DNA of 64,000 bases from Eledone cirrhosa (GCA_964016885.1 OZ024748.1:29388001-29452000), one strand, 5' to 3'. Positions 26,310 through 40,554 are shown, counted from the first letter of the stretch. Program-made: numbers and translations. The notes: generated by a model from the sequence alone, not told the origin.

Positions 26310-27029
26310 CTGAAAAACAATAACAATATATTTAGTGGAAGAAAGATAAATATGAAATATAATTAGATTTGTGATTTAATCTATATTTAATGGAATTTTG
26401 TTATTTTCTTCAACATCATGGATCAGTGGCTATATGTGAAGGCATGGCTGTGTGGCTAAGTAATTTTCTTCAGAATCACATGGTTTAAGGTTAAGTCCCA
26501 GTGTATGGCACCTTGGGCAAATATCTTCCTCGTGTTGACCAATGCCTTCATCATCACTATATGTCCGCTTTGTCATGCTTGCATGGATTGGACAGATTCT
26601 CTTCAGTACAGCCTGTTTCCACTTGTATTCCTTTGTGAGTGAAATTTGATAGATGGAAACTGGAGAAGCCAGTCATATGGAGGTGCTTATTTTTAAATAA
26701 TATATATTTTATGTAGGATGTCTTTAGTATTAGGATTAGGTGATTTCATGGTAATTTATTTGGTTCGTAGATAACATTGGATTACTTTGAAGTCGTTTTA
26801 ATTTATGTCTATGTTACAATGAGTGAAACAAGTAAAAGGATTCAAACTTTAACAAATCTTGTGGTTTTCCTGCACTAAAATTCTTCTATAGAAATACTCA
26901 GTAAAAAATTGGCAAAGTCTTTAGGCCATTACATATAATGGCTTGAGGGACTTGTTTCAGCTCTTCAGAATGAGTTGTGGAACTTGTTCGAGGTCTCTCA
27001 GCTATGAAAACTTGTAATGTCTTGACTTA

Positions 27030-28064
27030 AGAGGTTATCAATTTTATTTGCTTGTAATTTTCTTAATTTTCTATGTGCAGACTTGAAATTTTGTCAGTAG
27101 ATGTTTAAATATCAATAATTTACGTTTAAATATCAATAATTTACAATTATTTATTTTTACCTGATTTTTTTGTTTTTTGTTAAATTTGACTTTTATGGGC
27201 AGGTGAAATTAATTAACAGGGGCATTTGAAGTATCAACCAGGTGCAAATATTGGTTTAATTTTAAATACCTTGTTTTCAGCATAATACTTGATATATAAG
27301 GATCATTAAACCTTATATCAGTGCTCCAGTAACTCCACTGTCTTGGAAATTGTTTTATACTGAACATATTTATAGTAAAAAAATGCTTGCATTTCCACAG
27401 CATCTGTCGGTCGCCATAACAAATCTTCTTTTCGATTTGAAATCTGTTGTTGGGCATATTGATTAGTCTCTTCTGCCACAACTTCGAAGAAAGTTTGTGA
27501 CAAAAACAAAAAGAAATAAACCAGTGATTTAGCATCGGGAGGTAATGTGTGTTGTGGACTGGTATTTTGAATAAAATCGGGAACATATATTGGTGTGGTA
27601 TTTTTCGACCACGTTGCTGTAATATTTTCAATGGCGTCCTGGAGATCTTCTTCGCTTTCACTTTCAAAATAACAATCATCGTTGGGTGAAATTTCAGAAA
27701 TATACACGTCTGATTCATTTGAAGTTAAATCACTATTATCTTTTGTTTCTTGTTCATTTTGAACGTCATCAAGTGTAAAACCTTTAAAGTCAGTATCGCT
27801 ACTTTCACAAACTATGTTGACACAAAAAAAAATCTGTTGTACTTTCAACGTTAAAAAAACACAAGTTGTTTCAAGTTGTTTCACTATATTAAGTGTTAAT
27901 TTTTGCAGTAAAGGCCTAATCTTGCAGTAATCTCGAATTGACGAAATTATCATGACGGTTTTGTTTATTTTTAGAACAATATTTTAATGTGGGGGTTGTT
28001 GGATGGTTTGGGCCGGTTTGAAATAAAGGGGAAATAAATTCGGTCGGTTTTGAACACTAAAGGG
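27030..28064 (-). mobile_element. Non-autonomous piggyBac derivative
   Basis: Reverse-complement homolog of 16004-16973 with the same internal junction. Confidence 0.85.
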
Positions 28065-28520
28065 TGAAGATGTTTTATGGGACTTGTTCCAGCTAATTCA
28101 ACTATGAAGATTGGAAGGTCTTTACATAAAGTGGCTTATGAGGCTTGTTCCAGTACTCTCAGCCATGAGTCCAAATCTTGTCAAAGTCAATTTTCCCTCT
28201 CACCATTTTAGATTTGATAAATAAAGTAGCTGGCATGAGTCACAAGCCATGAAGTCATTACTTTACTGAGCTCAAGAGGAAGTTCATCCTGCTAACATAG
28301 ATTACAGTTATGGCTTCTACAGCTGGATGGCCTCTTTATCACCAGCCACCTTACAGAGAGTACTAAATATATTTTAGTGTCACACCAACACAATAAAAAT
28401 ATAGCATATTAAATAAAAATGACATCGTTATTTCAATAATGCTAACCCAAAAGTTAGAAAAAATTATACAACCAAAGAAAATAAAGGAATCAAAATCTTT
28501 AAAAATAAAAATTAACTTAC

Positions 28521-28581
28521 GAGATGGAGTTGCGTCTGATTTGCCTTCACTTCCTAGACTTCCACCTTCACTTTTCAGAGC
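28521..28581 (-). CDS. SAFB: SAFB-like copy A exon 2
   Basis: ttacag|GCT...C|gtaagt; ALKSEGGSLGSEGKSDATPS continues the SAP end; phase 0->1. Confidence 0.8.
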
Positions 28582-29279
28582 CTGTAATAAACAGATAAGA
28601 AAAAAAAGTACAAAACAGTTAGTGGAATCCCCATTATCACAACTATGTAGTAGACAAACCCTAAATAAGACAACACTAATAACAAAATATTAACTAATTT
28701 TCTTATATAGCCATTTAACAACCAAAATATCAAGGTTAGTGATTAAGATGGTAAATAAATGTGGAAAATATATATTAAGAAAGTAATCATTAGGAGCATT
28801 GTTGAATTGTCACCAAAAACTAGGTCTTCACATTCGTTTTTGTCTCATTCCAGCAATAAATGTAGTTAATTCCTGACAGATCAGCTAAAAGTTATGTTAG
28901 AAAAAAATTATTAAAAGTTACAAAACTCACTATTTTAGAACGTTCATATAAATTTATGTTGGAAAGTTTTAATAAAAGAAATCTTTGTTAAGTAATGGTT
29001 CAAATATTAGCTTAATAAAAAGTTATTTTACTAAATATGTCAAATTTTTTTTATAATTTTCAAAATTAACAGAACCACATTGGCAGTGTATCCCACTAGT
29101 AATATGGTAAAGGATACTTCAGTTTATTACAAAAATAAATGGACAATTAAAGAACATTATAAATTATATACAGAAATAACATTACAAATTGCTGACAATT
29201 CTTTCAGAAATAAAATCAAACAAATATAAACACATATAACAAATACAATACACAAAAACATTTTTAAAAAAGGGGAGGG

Positions 29280-31950
29280 CAATTCACCACTAATTGTGAC
29301 TATCGGCCACACATCCCATCAGGCAAGCCAATACACTCTCAACATTGTCACGAGTGATGGCGAGGCTAAGGCAATGAAACAACCAGGTACCCTCATGGGC
29401 ATTGCCTGACACTAGCGATGACAAGAACTTTGCTGTCAGCGGCCCAACTCCATCAAACATCTCGAACGCTGCAGACTGGAAAAAATAATTACTGGATAAA
29501 TCCAGGTATTTCCAAATTTTATTCCATTTGGATACGGAAGCAGTGACACCCACATTTACTGCGGTGTCCATGTGGGCAAGACCAAAAGAGTCACTGACTG
29601 TGGCGTCCCACATGAGACACCTACCTCTTACCCAGGCACAAAGGGTAAAGCTGTCTGGTCTCTACCCACCACTTCTGGATAATCCAACCAGCTTCAGAAC
29701 CGAAGGAATATTTACCCGATCCTGGGCCCGTTTGATGATCGGGTTTAACTAAGTGTGTCAGGTGAAACGACCAGCATTTAGGCGGCAGGGCAAACCATAT
29801 AAACCAGTGGAGTTGAGGGACCTACCACAGTAACATCTCAGAGCCCCACAAACGTTGGCTCCCGTTCAAAGTGTAATGGAGATGTGGAGCTTGTCCTTAC
29901 TGAGAAGGCCATCAATCCAGTCCTCCGAGAACTTTATGCTTGCAGAAAGTAAACGGCACCTGTAGTAAAGCTTCATCCATCTCCCTGTTGGAACTAGTCC
30001 AAGTTGGAAAGGAGAGGTTGTCACCCATTAAAGAGGAGAAAGCATGGATGGAGGAAAGAAAACAAGGTAGAGACAAAGATGTGCATTTGTACAGACTGAG
30101 ACCACCATACCATTTGGACAAGGCAGTTTGATCTCAGGAGATAATCAGACATTGACCAAACCCTCAAGCTCACTGAATGAGATTGTCAAAGCATTGGAGA
30201 GATAACAAGAATTTGTAAAAGGGACTAACTCAGAGAAAAAACTTAAGGATTGACAAATAATTCCGAAGTATAAAAAAACCTTGGCTCAATGACTTCAGGG
30301 TTTTTAAAAAGTTGCTTAAGGTTAGCCAACGTAGATGGAATAAAAAGATAGACTCAAAGGCTTGGTCAGTAATTGGGGCTCCAAAGAAGCAGCACGCTGA
30401 AGGGGAAGGATTGCAGTCTACTGATGTGAAACTGGGTGGTCGAGGAGCCAGAGCTCGCATTTGGAACTGTTGACATGGAGGCCCCTATAACCCAGCTCCT
30501 CATTCATCGTCTTCAGTCTGGAGGGCTCTAGTAAAGCTGCAGAACCCTCTACTTTACTGAACAGAGGATGACTTCCAGACTGATGGAATTGAAGGCATTC
30601 CTGAGATCTAGCTTGAGGATAACCTTAGGTGTTTCAGAAAGCAAGTTGGTAAATGCTCTGGTGGCATGAGGGCAGCCTCACAACCCAGCTTGGTACCCAC
30701 CCCTGGCTGAATAGGAAAAAATTTGGCTGACAGGCTGTCTGAAATCAAAGTTAGACAGACTTTCAGTGAACCATTGCAGAGTGCACCCAACTGCCATGGG
30801 GTGGCGGTCACTGTTGGGCTTTGTGAGACCAAACAGTTTAGCCCTAAAGAACAAGGGGTGAATTCTTGGACGAGAACAGGTTGACAAAATTGGTGAGGTT
30901 CTCCAAGAGCTCAAGGTCGGCAGATCCACAGCAAAGGATATAATCACCTTCCTAACTATAGTTGGGGTGAAGACAGGTTGCATATAACCTGGTGGATCAA
31001 GCCAGTGTAAGTGGTCATCAGGAAGGGCTAGAGGGTGTTTCACTCTCAGTCGGTTGAGTAAATCTGTAGTGCACTGGGCAAGGGATGACAGAGGGGAGAG
31101 GAGGCAAACAACCCCTTTGATGTCAAATTCATTGAATTTGACATTGACGATCTTTAAGTTAAATAATCAACCATTGATTGGAACTAGGATAATTACCGAC
31201 ATGAGATGAACAGTAGTTGAGGTTGAATCAAACTGCTATTTTAGGGAAGATGTGAGGGATCTGGATTTTGCATAGGACACAAATGACTAAGAGGAACAAG
31301 AATAGTTCTTGCCAATCCAAGATGTTGTTGGATAGGCAAATGTTCTTCAACAGTTTGGAGAGAACAAAGGTGAAACTGGTCCGAGCTCCCTTTGGGATCC
31401 TGTTGATGAGTTTTAACTGAGACAAGTCCCGGAGGGCAGCAGCAAAATCCTCAACAGAGATCTAAACGTCAGAATTAGGTTCTGACCTACAAAGGGAAGT
31501 GGAGCTGAAGTGACATTGGTTACACATCCAGTTTGAGAAACTTTCAGTTTGAACCTTAGTAATGCCAACAGGAGTGACATGTGATTGTCTTGACTGGTTT
31601 GGGAGCAGAGAGCACAGATTGGAGGTGAATTGGCAGCCTCAGAAGAGAAGACGTGGGGGTAGGTTAACGATAGAGATAGAGAGGGGAACCGGGTGATCAA
31701 CATTAGCTCTGACAATGGTTGGGGAGGGGGAGAAGAAGTTGGAGGCAAGCTAGCTGTTGCAGGAGTGGTGGGGAGGATGAGAGAATGAATAGAATTAATT
31801 TCGGCTGAATCTGACGATTGGGGGCGGGGTGGGGTGCAAGTCAGCTCCCTTTGAATGAGGAGGGGGGGTGTTGTTGAACGGAGGGACGAAGGCTGATAAG
31901 ATGTGATGAAGACCTTTAATCATACGGGTCGCCTGGTCACTCGGCGCATG
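29280..31950 (-). mobile_element. Degenerate CRE-like LINE (RT + restriction-like endonuclease)
   Basis: PMAVGCTL, QPGVGTKLGCEAA and WDATVSD..K..KY..F..AFE motifs; many frameshifts; ends approximate. Confidence 0.7.
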
Positions 31951-33863
31951 ATGTTAAAATAATTTAAATTTAAATCTAAATAGTGTTTTTTAATCCAACC
32001 ATCAGTATTATACCTAGTTGGATTGGCATTTAAAAGTGGTGCATGGACCGCACGTGGAAGTAGGGAGCGAGCTAAAGCAGAGAAATGAAATCTGTGTTTG
32101 TGGGGGAAGTGTGTGTGTGTGTAAACATCTAAAACAATGAATTCAATAAGTGCAAAAATAGAGTACTAATATACTAAAGAGTTGAAGAGAGGAAGCTGAA
32201 ATCTGAAAAAGGAATTTGGAGATGGACCGGAGCGAGTGTGTGAAATGTTGAGATGGATGTTGTGTGTGTGTAAATATTAGAAACATTCGAGAAAGGTACA
32301 AAAATAGAGCCGTAAAATGTTAAAAAGAGGGAGCTGAAACTGAAGAAAGAATCTTAAGATGTACCAAAAGGAAAAAAAAAAACAATGCATTCACAGACCA
32401 CGTTCTTTTCGGAACTCGCCCCCGTTCAGTTCAGAATTGGCATTAAACTGGGGCTTGAAGGAGCCGTCCAAAAAGTCCTTTCTTAATCTAAGATGGTATA
32501 ATGTGACATGAAAGAAATTTGGCTGCTATTTCTAACAGGTCAAACGACCACATAGAGGTTTTCGCTCCTTCGCTCGAAGCAAACATATTTGTTAGTGTTA
32601 TTGGTTTTAACCAAAATTTTCTTGTTGAAATTAATAATTTTTATTGGATATGTGTGATTCTAGAGAAGAAAAGGTTCCAACAGCGTTACCATTTAAATCA
32701 AAAAGTTCAGCACTACACATTAGTCTTTTGTGTTGGGTCAATCAAGAAACCAACTGAAGATCACACTAACATCAAACGAATTCGATGCAAACGGGTTGAA
32801 AAAAAAAGTTCCCCAAAACGGGGAGAAACGAGGCAAACAAGAAAAGACATCTCCCACCCACACAAAGTGGGTGGGAGATCTCCCCGTCGGACGAGGAGAG
32901 TTGACAAGTCTGAATATAGAAGACACTTTAAAAATGAGACAGAACACTTTGTATAATGATTATTTCAATGATTCTTTTCTCCCTTTTCCTTTCTTTAACT
33001 TTATTAGAATCTTTTTTTACCACTTTGATCGTTTGCTGGCCTTGTGTGCCAAAAGTAGAAACTATTAATTATATCTATAAGGTTTCGTGTGAAACACCAC
33101 TATAATACAATCTCCCTCGTTGGTCTCATTTTTTTTTCTTGGTGGGTAGCAACATGTGGTTGTGTGTGTGTGTTGCTGCTGAGAAGAAACACGTGCACAC
33201 AAAAATTACTAAAACTGCACTCCACCCCACAAATATTTTGTGAAATCTGAACAGACTAAACGTTTATAGCACGTTTCATCAAGGGAGAGTGGGTGGGTAG
33301 GTAGATATGTAGAGGAGAGATAAAAATTGATGTATGTATATATAATTCTGTGCTCATCTCTATATTAGAGAAATAGGTAGCTAGAGGGTAAATAGACTGA
33401 TTTCGGAGGTACAATTATTTAGGCAAGTCACACGATGTTGGGTTGTGTGCTAAAACTGAAATATTTGCATTGTGGTAGTCACCATTATTTTTTTTTATAG
33501 TATTATAGTAACATTATGTATTTAGTATTAAGCAGCTTTTGTCACGGTGCATCTTACAATCAAGAGACTAATACTATTATTTTCCATTAAATTGCTGCAC
33601 GCAGTGAAATAAGTGATAATAACCAGGATTTTGAAATTTCGGAAAATATTACATATTCATAAAATAAATCAAATGACATGCATAACGGTTTGTATTTAAA
33701 ATGGCTACCGTGACTCTTCCACAATAAAATCATATAATTTTCTTTGAATCTTCGTATGTTTTGAAAATTCCACTAATCGAGATAACATTATATATTATAT
33801 TACATATATAACCAATACGTAGACATCACCAAAGTCTATCATATTTATATACGTATATCCTAC

Positions 33864-34001
33864 CTTTTCTAGTCGTTCCAACAACACGGCTTTCACTCCA
33901 GTCTTGTCTAGTCCTCGTTTTTCCAGTTCGCTGCGAAGATCCACAACCCTTAAATCTATTAACTTGTCGCTGGAGATCTCACCACTAACATTGGCCATCA
34001 T
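33864..34001 (-). CDS. SAFB: SAFB/SLTM-like copy A, coding exon 1 (SAP domain)
   Basis: MMANVSGEISSDKLIDLRVVDLRSELEKRGLDKTGVKAVLLERLEK fits the SAP motif; followed by GTAGGA donor, phase 0. Confidence 0.9.
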
Positions 34002-34302
34002 TTAGTATGGATATATGTGTATAAAATTTGAAAGATTTAAGAGCTCACTCGGGTGGATAATATCACTGTTAAGAAAAGGCTTTGAAAATGTAATTAATAC
34101 AAATTAGTTACACGCAAACTGAGTTAACTCCCTTTTACCTATGATAAAGTAGAGCCTGCTTTCTCTATTGTTGCCACTAGATGGCACAAGTATGAACTTA
34201 CAACGACCATGACCTTCACCTCCGTAATAGTCTCCACCTCTAACTTTGCCTTTCATCCTTACGGGGTCGATTAAATAAAGGACCAGTAATGTACTGCGAT
34301 AA

Positions 34303-35980
34303 CACCGGGTAACAAAAAAAAAATGTTTTCTCTGTTCCTGGCTTGTAATCACTTTTTTTGTGTTGTTTAGGTCCCAAATAAATAAAAAAAAGTGCTATTA
34401 AACAGTTAAAAGTTTGGGTTTGTAAAATTTCTAAGCTATTCACTAGAATTATTTGTATGCTGGATTTTACGTTGTATGTAAGTTTAATTTGATTATGTTA
34501 AATGATTTTTTTATATATGTTTCAGGTTAAATTAAAATTATAAAATAAAGAGTAATACCTAAAGAAAATTATAAAAGTGCAATAAAGTATAAAATTGTTA
34601 AAAAGTGGATTAAAGAGATTTATTGATCCTGGATTTTCGCACCCTGAATAAAGGGTAAGTTGTGTTTTAAGCATTCGTCTCCAGGATGAAGCAGTGGAAC
34701 TTGGTCAAGGAGGAAGTGCAGGTGACAAGTCAGAGAAGTCGACACACAAACCTTTCTCAGGCTTTTACACTCTTAGGGATGGCCTCTGCTTCTGCCATGA
34801 CGTGCCTGGACTGTTTGACGTTATTGGGGTGCCGTTTGTGCCCAAGGAGTGGCGGCTATTTATAGACAACTCCACCACAAGTTTGAAGGCTGTCCTCCTC
34901 CACAATGGAAACAAGTTCCCGACACTGCCCCTAGCTCATTCAGTCTGCCTGCAGGAAGATTACTAGTGTGAAAGTCCTCTTGGAAGCTCTGCAATACAAC
35001 CAGTACAATTGGGAAATCATTGGAGACTTCAAGATGGTGGCTTTCCTGCTTGGACTCCAAGGAGGTTTTATCAAATTCCAATACTTCCTCTGCCTTTGGG
35101 ACAGCAGAGCCACCTCTGACCACTACAAAAAGAACTGGGAGCAGCAAACAGAATTTGTAGTTGGTATCCGGAACATCATGTGGGAGTCACTGGTTGATCC
35201 CAGGATTGTGCTCATGCCGTCACTGCACATTAAGTTGGGGTTGATGAAGCAGTTTGTGAAGGCTCTCAACTAAGAATCAGCCGCTTTTAAATACCTTCTT
35301 GAGTATCTGAGGCCAAAATCAAAGGTGGAATTTTTGTTGGACCTCAGATAAAGAAGGTGTTTGAGTCTACCAGGATTGAGAGAACAGCATGGAACTGTTT
35401 CAAGGCAGTTAAGGGCTTCCTGGGCAACTACAGAGCTGAAAACTATCAGCAACTGGTGCAGGATCTGATAAAGGCTTTTGGCGCCATGGGATGCAGGATG
35501 TCGCTTAAACTCCATATGCTGGACGCTCACCTGAAAAAATTCAAGGACAATGGACGCAAACTCAGAAAAACAAGGCGAATGATTCCACCAAGATGTGAAA
35601 GAGATAGAGCGGAGGTACCAGGGCCACTACAATGAAAAAATGATGGGGACTATATCTGGGGGCTACTGCGGGAATGCGACCTGGACTACAACAGGAAATC
35701 CAGTCATTTCTGACGTGTATAAGTGTTATTTGTTTTTACTTGTTTGTTTTTGATAAGCTTGTGTAATAAAATAAATATATACTCTGTTGATTTAATTATA
35801 TGAACTGATAAATTTTTTTAAAATGTGTTTTTTCTTGAAAAATATGAAAATTTTGAAATATCAAACTCCTGACCACAAACCCAAACTTCTGATTAAATAA
35901 TAGTGTTTTTTTATAATAATGGGATATAACAAACCATGAAATGACACTTAGAACCGGGGAACAAAAAATGATACACGGTG
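34303..35980 (+). mobile_element. Chapaev3-like DNA transposon, degenerate
   Basis: CACCG...CGGTG imperfect TIRs, TAA TSD; WRLFIDNS, SLHIKLGLMKQFVKAL and GCRMSLKLHML motifs; splits a Meta-like SINE. Confidence 0.8.
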
Positions 35981-37750
35981 TAATTGCTCGCCTTGTGCCA
36001 AAAGTAGAAATAATTATTTGATTATTTATGTTTCTTTTAAATTTAAGAAAAATACTCTCGTTACTGATTGTGAGGGTGTCGTAATATGTTATATAATGGA
36101 AATTAATTAGTTATTAATTTTATTTTTATTTCATTCGTATAATGATTGAATGCGAGTTCTGAATTGTCAATCACAGCTACACAATATCAGCCGACAGTAG
36201 ACCTGTTCACTGAGTCCTCCCCCATTTGCATGGTATTCCGTAAGAACCCCTGTTACTGATCTAGCTTCCCAGCCCACCTTTCTATCCGAAATGACAAACC
36301 TTGAGCAACTACTCGAAAACCTTGAGGCAATCGAGCCCCATCAAGGATTCGTTATACAAAAGGATTACTTATCAATTCCTTCGTAGTTGATATAGTCAGA
36401 ATCAGTCCCTCCTATAAATTCTCATCTCCAACGGTTTGATAAACTTGAAAGCTTGGTCAATGTGAGACTCTCTCCAGAGTCATGTGACCTGACTACATTG
36501 CCAAAACAATTTGGGAGACTAGGTCTATATGAATGCTCATGTATCTCTTCCCTCCATCCATGGTTGCTCTCCTACAGCAATGCTGCAAGTGTGTTGGCTT
36601 CCCTAAAAAATTGTTAGAGGGAATCTCTAACATATTTTGTTGTGGTGTGTGAGGGTCTTCACTCCCAAAAATACTTTTTTATTCATTTGACAGACAGTTT
36701 TCTCTCTTCTAGTTTATTATTTAAATTATACCTTCCATTGTAATTTCTTTTGTTTCTAATGTAAAACCCTGATATGCATGCTTTCATACATAACCTACAT
36801 CTTAACATGATTGAATTTCTTTCTAATATATTTCTCCTGAAAACAACCCATTACACCCTTATTCTCAACCAGTACCATTCATTTTATTTCTTTGGCAAAA
36901 ATAGCCTACAAAGTTGACTAACGTAGATTCTTGGGTGATTTAAAGATAGTGATCTCAGTTCTATCTCAAAAAGCAACATGAAATGAAGTGTCCTGCTCAA
37001 AAACACAGTGCAACATCTGGTCCAGGAATCAAACAAACAAATTTATATTTCTGAGTCCAGCATCATAACCACAGGGACAATCACCTTCATACACCATTGT
37101 CTAGAGAGCATGTTTACATTGCTCCCTAAACACCATTTTCTAGAATGGGTGTTTTCACAGCTCACTAATGATCAGTGTTGAGCTCTAAATTGCTAATTTG
37201 AAATGCTCAACTCCTAACTCCTTAATTAGGGATCTTGCCTAACTTGCCTATTAATGAGAGGGACAGACAAATAAGCTTGCTAAACAACTACTGCTTTCAG
37301 TGAGAGTTTTTATTAGATAAATTCAATTAATATGGACATTGAAGGTGCTTTTATGTCAAACTGTCGTTTCTTATTTGATAATGAGGAAGACAAAGATGGC
37401 AAATTATGTTTTAAATGGCTACCATGTTCCTCTATGTCACACTCAGAAAATCTATGATTTAATGCTTTCAAACAGGAAAGTTCAATTCTTTATCGTTTTT
37501 GCAGTGATATTCAATAAAATGTAATATAATTTATGGAACATATTATTGGTTAGAGTTTCAATTAGAGTCTACAGAGGGAAAAAGAATATTTTCAAAACTC
37601 AGTTTTGATTTGACAACATTTTAAAACTATTATTTCTTTGGCAACCAAGTAATGGAGAACAGAAAAGAGAAAAACAAAGGTAAAAGGTAAACAAGAAAGA
37701 GTAACAAACAACATTAACAACATCATTTGTGTATTTTACAGTGAATAAAT

Positions 37751-37756
37751 TTTATT
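37751..37756 (-). promoter_or_regulatory. Candidate polyadenylation signal of copy B
   Basis: AATAAA on minus ~430 nt after the stop, followed by T/GT-rich sequence. Confidence 0.5.
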
Positions 37757-38183
37757 TCTCCATATATTACATTCTGTGGTCTCTTCCAATTCATTATTAC
37801 ATTCTATAGTTGCTCTTTTTCCCTTCTCCCCTCTATCTGATTTCTCCTCCTCCTCTTTGATTAATACATTCAACTGTGTGATGTGTGTGTGTTGGATGAG
37901 GTTATAGAAATAAACTATAGCAACACATAAAATATATTAAGACAGTATAATTGGGAAATGGAGAATGTGAAGATAGAGAGAAGGTTGTGTGTTTGTTTAT
38001 ATATGTATGTGTGTGTTAAAATATGGAAAGTCAGAAAAATGATTGGATATTCTGGAACCAAGCATTAACTCATAAATGGAGGATGTAGGTGATATATAGC
38101 TGTAGGGTAGAGTTTTATAAACTATGCCTCAGATTCCATCCACCCTGTTTAATTTTCACATTGATCCCATAACTTTATAAGCA

Positions 38184-38530
38184 TCAAAGCGAGGTTCCTG
38201 TATACGTCCACTCGTTATTACCACCACCACCATCACCACTTCCACCACCATGTGAAACCATTGTAAGCCCACCCTGTGACTGAGGGTTGCCATACATGTT
38301 ACCAGATCCCATGTTTTGCACCATCCCTCCACTATTACCAGCTCTATTACCATGGTCAACAAATGCTCCACTGGCATCACGACCTGTTGGGTTTTTGTTG
38401 TTCCCATGCCACTGGTCATTTGATCGGTTCATGCCACTGTTGTCCATGTCTCCATGCATGTGAGACCAGCTGTCCACTTTCCTTCCCATGCTGCCAGAAC
38501 CCCATGGAGGTCTTTGGTCAGGTCCACCAA
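38184..38530 (-). CDS. SAFB: SAFB-like copy B terminal exon (Gly/Asn/Ser-rich)
   Basis: VGGPDQRPPWGSGSMG...GGGGNNEWTYTGTSL*. Confidence 0.8.
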
Positions 38531-39062
38531 CTAACAGGAACACAAAAAGATTATATTTTCAAATAAATCACTAATATGAAAAAATTGAACAATATTTCAG
38601 TTAATTAATTTTAGGATATAACAGTGAGATTTGTCTAAAGGGGAAAGAGTTGAAGAGTGAGGAGCGGGAGGAGGGAAACGGAGATATGGAGAGGAATAGG
38701 GGAAGTACTGAGGGAGGAGAGTTACAGAAAGATATAGGGAGAGAGTTGGTGACTGTAGAGAGAATGGTGATATGGAGAGAAATAAGGGGTCAGGAAAGAA
38801 AGGGGATGTACTGAGAGAGAGATACAGAAAGATATAGAGAGGCAGACAGCAAGAGAAAATTAGTCAGTGGGAAGACAACTTCAGTGAAAAATATAAGTGA
38901 AGTGGATAGTCAAATAAAATAATTCTAGAGGTAGAGCAATGTAGAAAAAGTAGAGAAATATTGATAAACAGATAGTGAGAGAAGGAAGGAGGATATGAAA
39001 GGATAAAAGAATGAATGATAGAAAAATTATGTTAAATCTCAAACAAAACAATGAAAACTTAC

Positions 39063-39298
39063 CAAGGGAACTTCTCACTCGCCCCAGTCTATCATGAGCT
39101 GAAACATTTCGTCTGTCTGTGTCTCCTCGTCCTTGTTCAGGGCCGATATATCTTCTATCAAGTTCCCGACTAGGTCCAGTATCTCTTCTAAATTCATAGG
39201 GCATCCTGTAATTAGGTATATGTTTAACAACCATGTGTCTGCAAATACCTTCCCACTTCACAGCACTATGGCCATCGTCTACAATAGCTTTGTGATGG
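39063..39298 (-). CDS. SAFB: SAFB-like copy B exon 19
   Basis: HHKAIVDDGHSAVKWEG...GRVRSSL; catttag acceptor chosen for phase (an in-frame alternative start at 39238 exists); gtaagt donor. Confidence 0.7.
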
Positions 39299-39403
39299 CT
39301 AAATGCCAGGTGAAATTTGGTAGACAGTTAAAGTTTAGATCAAAAGTGACCAGAACACAGGTCAAATAAAAATTAAAATCAAAAAGAAAGAAAGAAAATT
39401 TAC

Positions 39404-39610
39404 CGGCCAAGTTTTTCATCTGTCCGAGACCGGTCACCAGATCGTCTTTCCTCTCGAACTCGAATATCACGGACAAAACCAATCTCCTTTCTCATCAAAC
39501 CTCTTTCTTTACGTTCATCATAGCGGCTTCCACCTACCAAAGCTCTGCTCTCCCTTCTCCTACAACGTTCAGCACGTCTTTCATAACCTGTATCTTCATA
39601 TTCATTATAG
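39404..39610 (-). CDS. SAFB: SAFB-like copy B exon 18
   Basis: Open, R/E/D-rich (YNEYEDTGYERRAER...DEKLG); phase 2->2. Confidence 0.8.
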
Positions 39611-40554
39611 CTGTGAGAGAATGATGAAATGAGAGATGCTTACATATACAGACATCATTGAAAATATGGTGTTAAATGCAAGCATACAAATTATCAACCA
39701 GATCTACAAATCCTTAAATCAAAATATATTATATTGTATGTTTGTAAAATCGATGTGTGACATATATGGTATCATGATCATTTAACATCCATTTTCTCTG
39801 CTAAATCCACATTTTTATGCTAGAATATATATGTATATATGCATATATATGTTCGTGTATTTTAAAAGTAGAAGCACCAGGTTCACCATGTAAAGTGGTA
39901 GTGTTGGTGTCACAAGAAGAGCACCTAATCCACCCTGTATGGTGGTAATAGTGGTGTCATTGCAAAAATCACCCAGTTCACCCAGTAAGACTATAGTGAT
40001 GGTTCCACATAAAAATGCCCCCAGTATATGCTGTAACATGGTTGGCTTTAGGAATGGCATCCAGCCACAGAAATCAAATTCAAAAACGATCATATGAGCA
40101 ACGCGTGGTCATGTGAGCTGTCTAGCCTCCATAACATGACAGCTGGTCTAATCTACACAAGCACAGAAAATAGACATTGAACAGTGATGATGAAGCATGT
40201 GTATATATATATGAGTGTGTGTGGGTGTATAGTCATCATCATTTTAACATCTTCCCTTCCTAACAAGGGTTGGACAGGTATACGTAGAGCAAGTCAATAG
40301 TGAAACAGAGCCAATGATCTCCCAGACAGGCCAGGGATCTGTGACTTACTTATGTAAGGTCTCACCTTCTGAGTGCACAGGAGCAGTTATCATCTCTTTG
40401 ACACAACAGAGGGATCTCCCAAACCTTTCACTGGCAAGATTTCTACAGCTAAATGCCCTTCCTGTCACAAACCACTTTACAGCATGTACTGAATACATTT
40501 ATCATTTAGATCACCAATAATGTGTGTTTCTGTGTGCACACACACATCAACAAC

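Noticed and set aside
32519-33068. 145-aa and 112-aa ORFs as genes
   Set aside because: No recognisable motifs; intronic and overlapping repeat fragments
39270-39285. Acceptor giving an exon start at 39278
   Set aside because: Wrong phase, producing an immediate stop; 39298 keeps the frame
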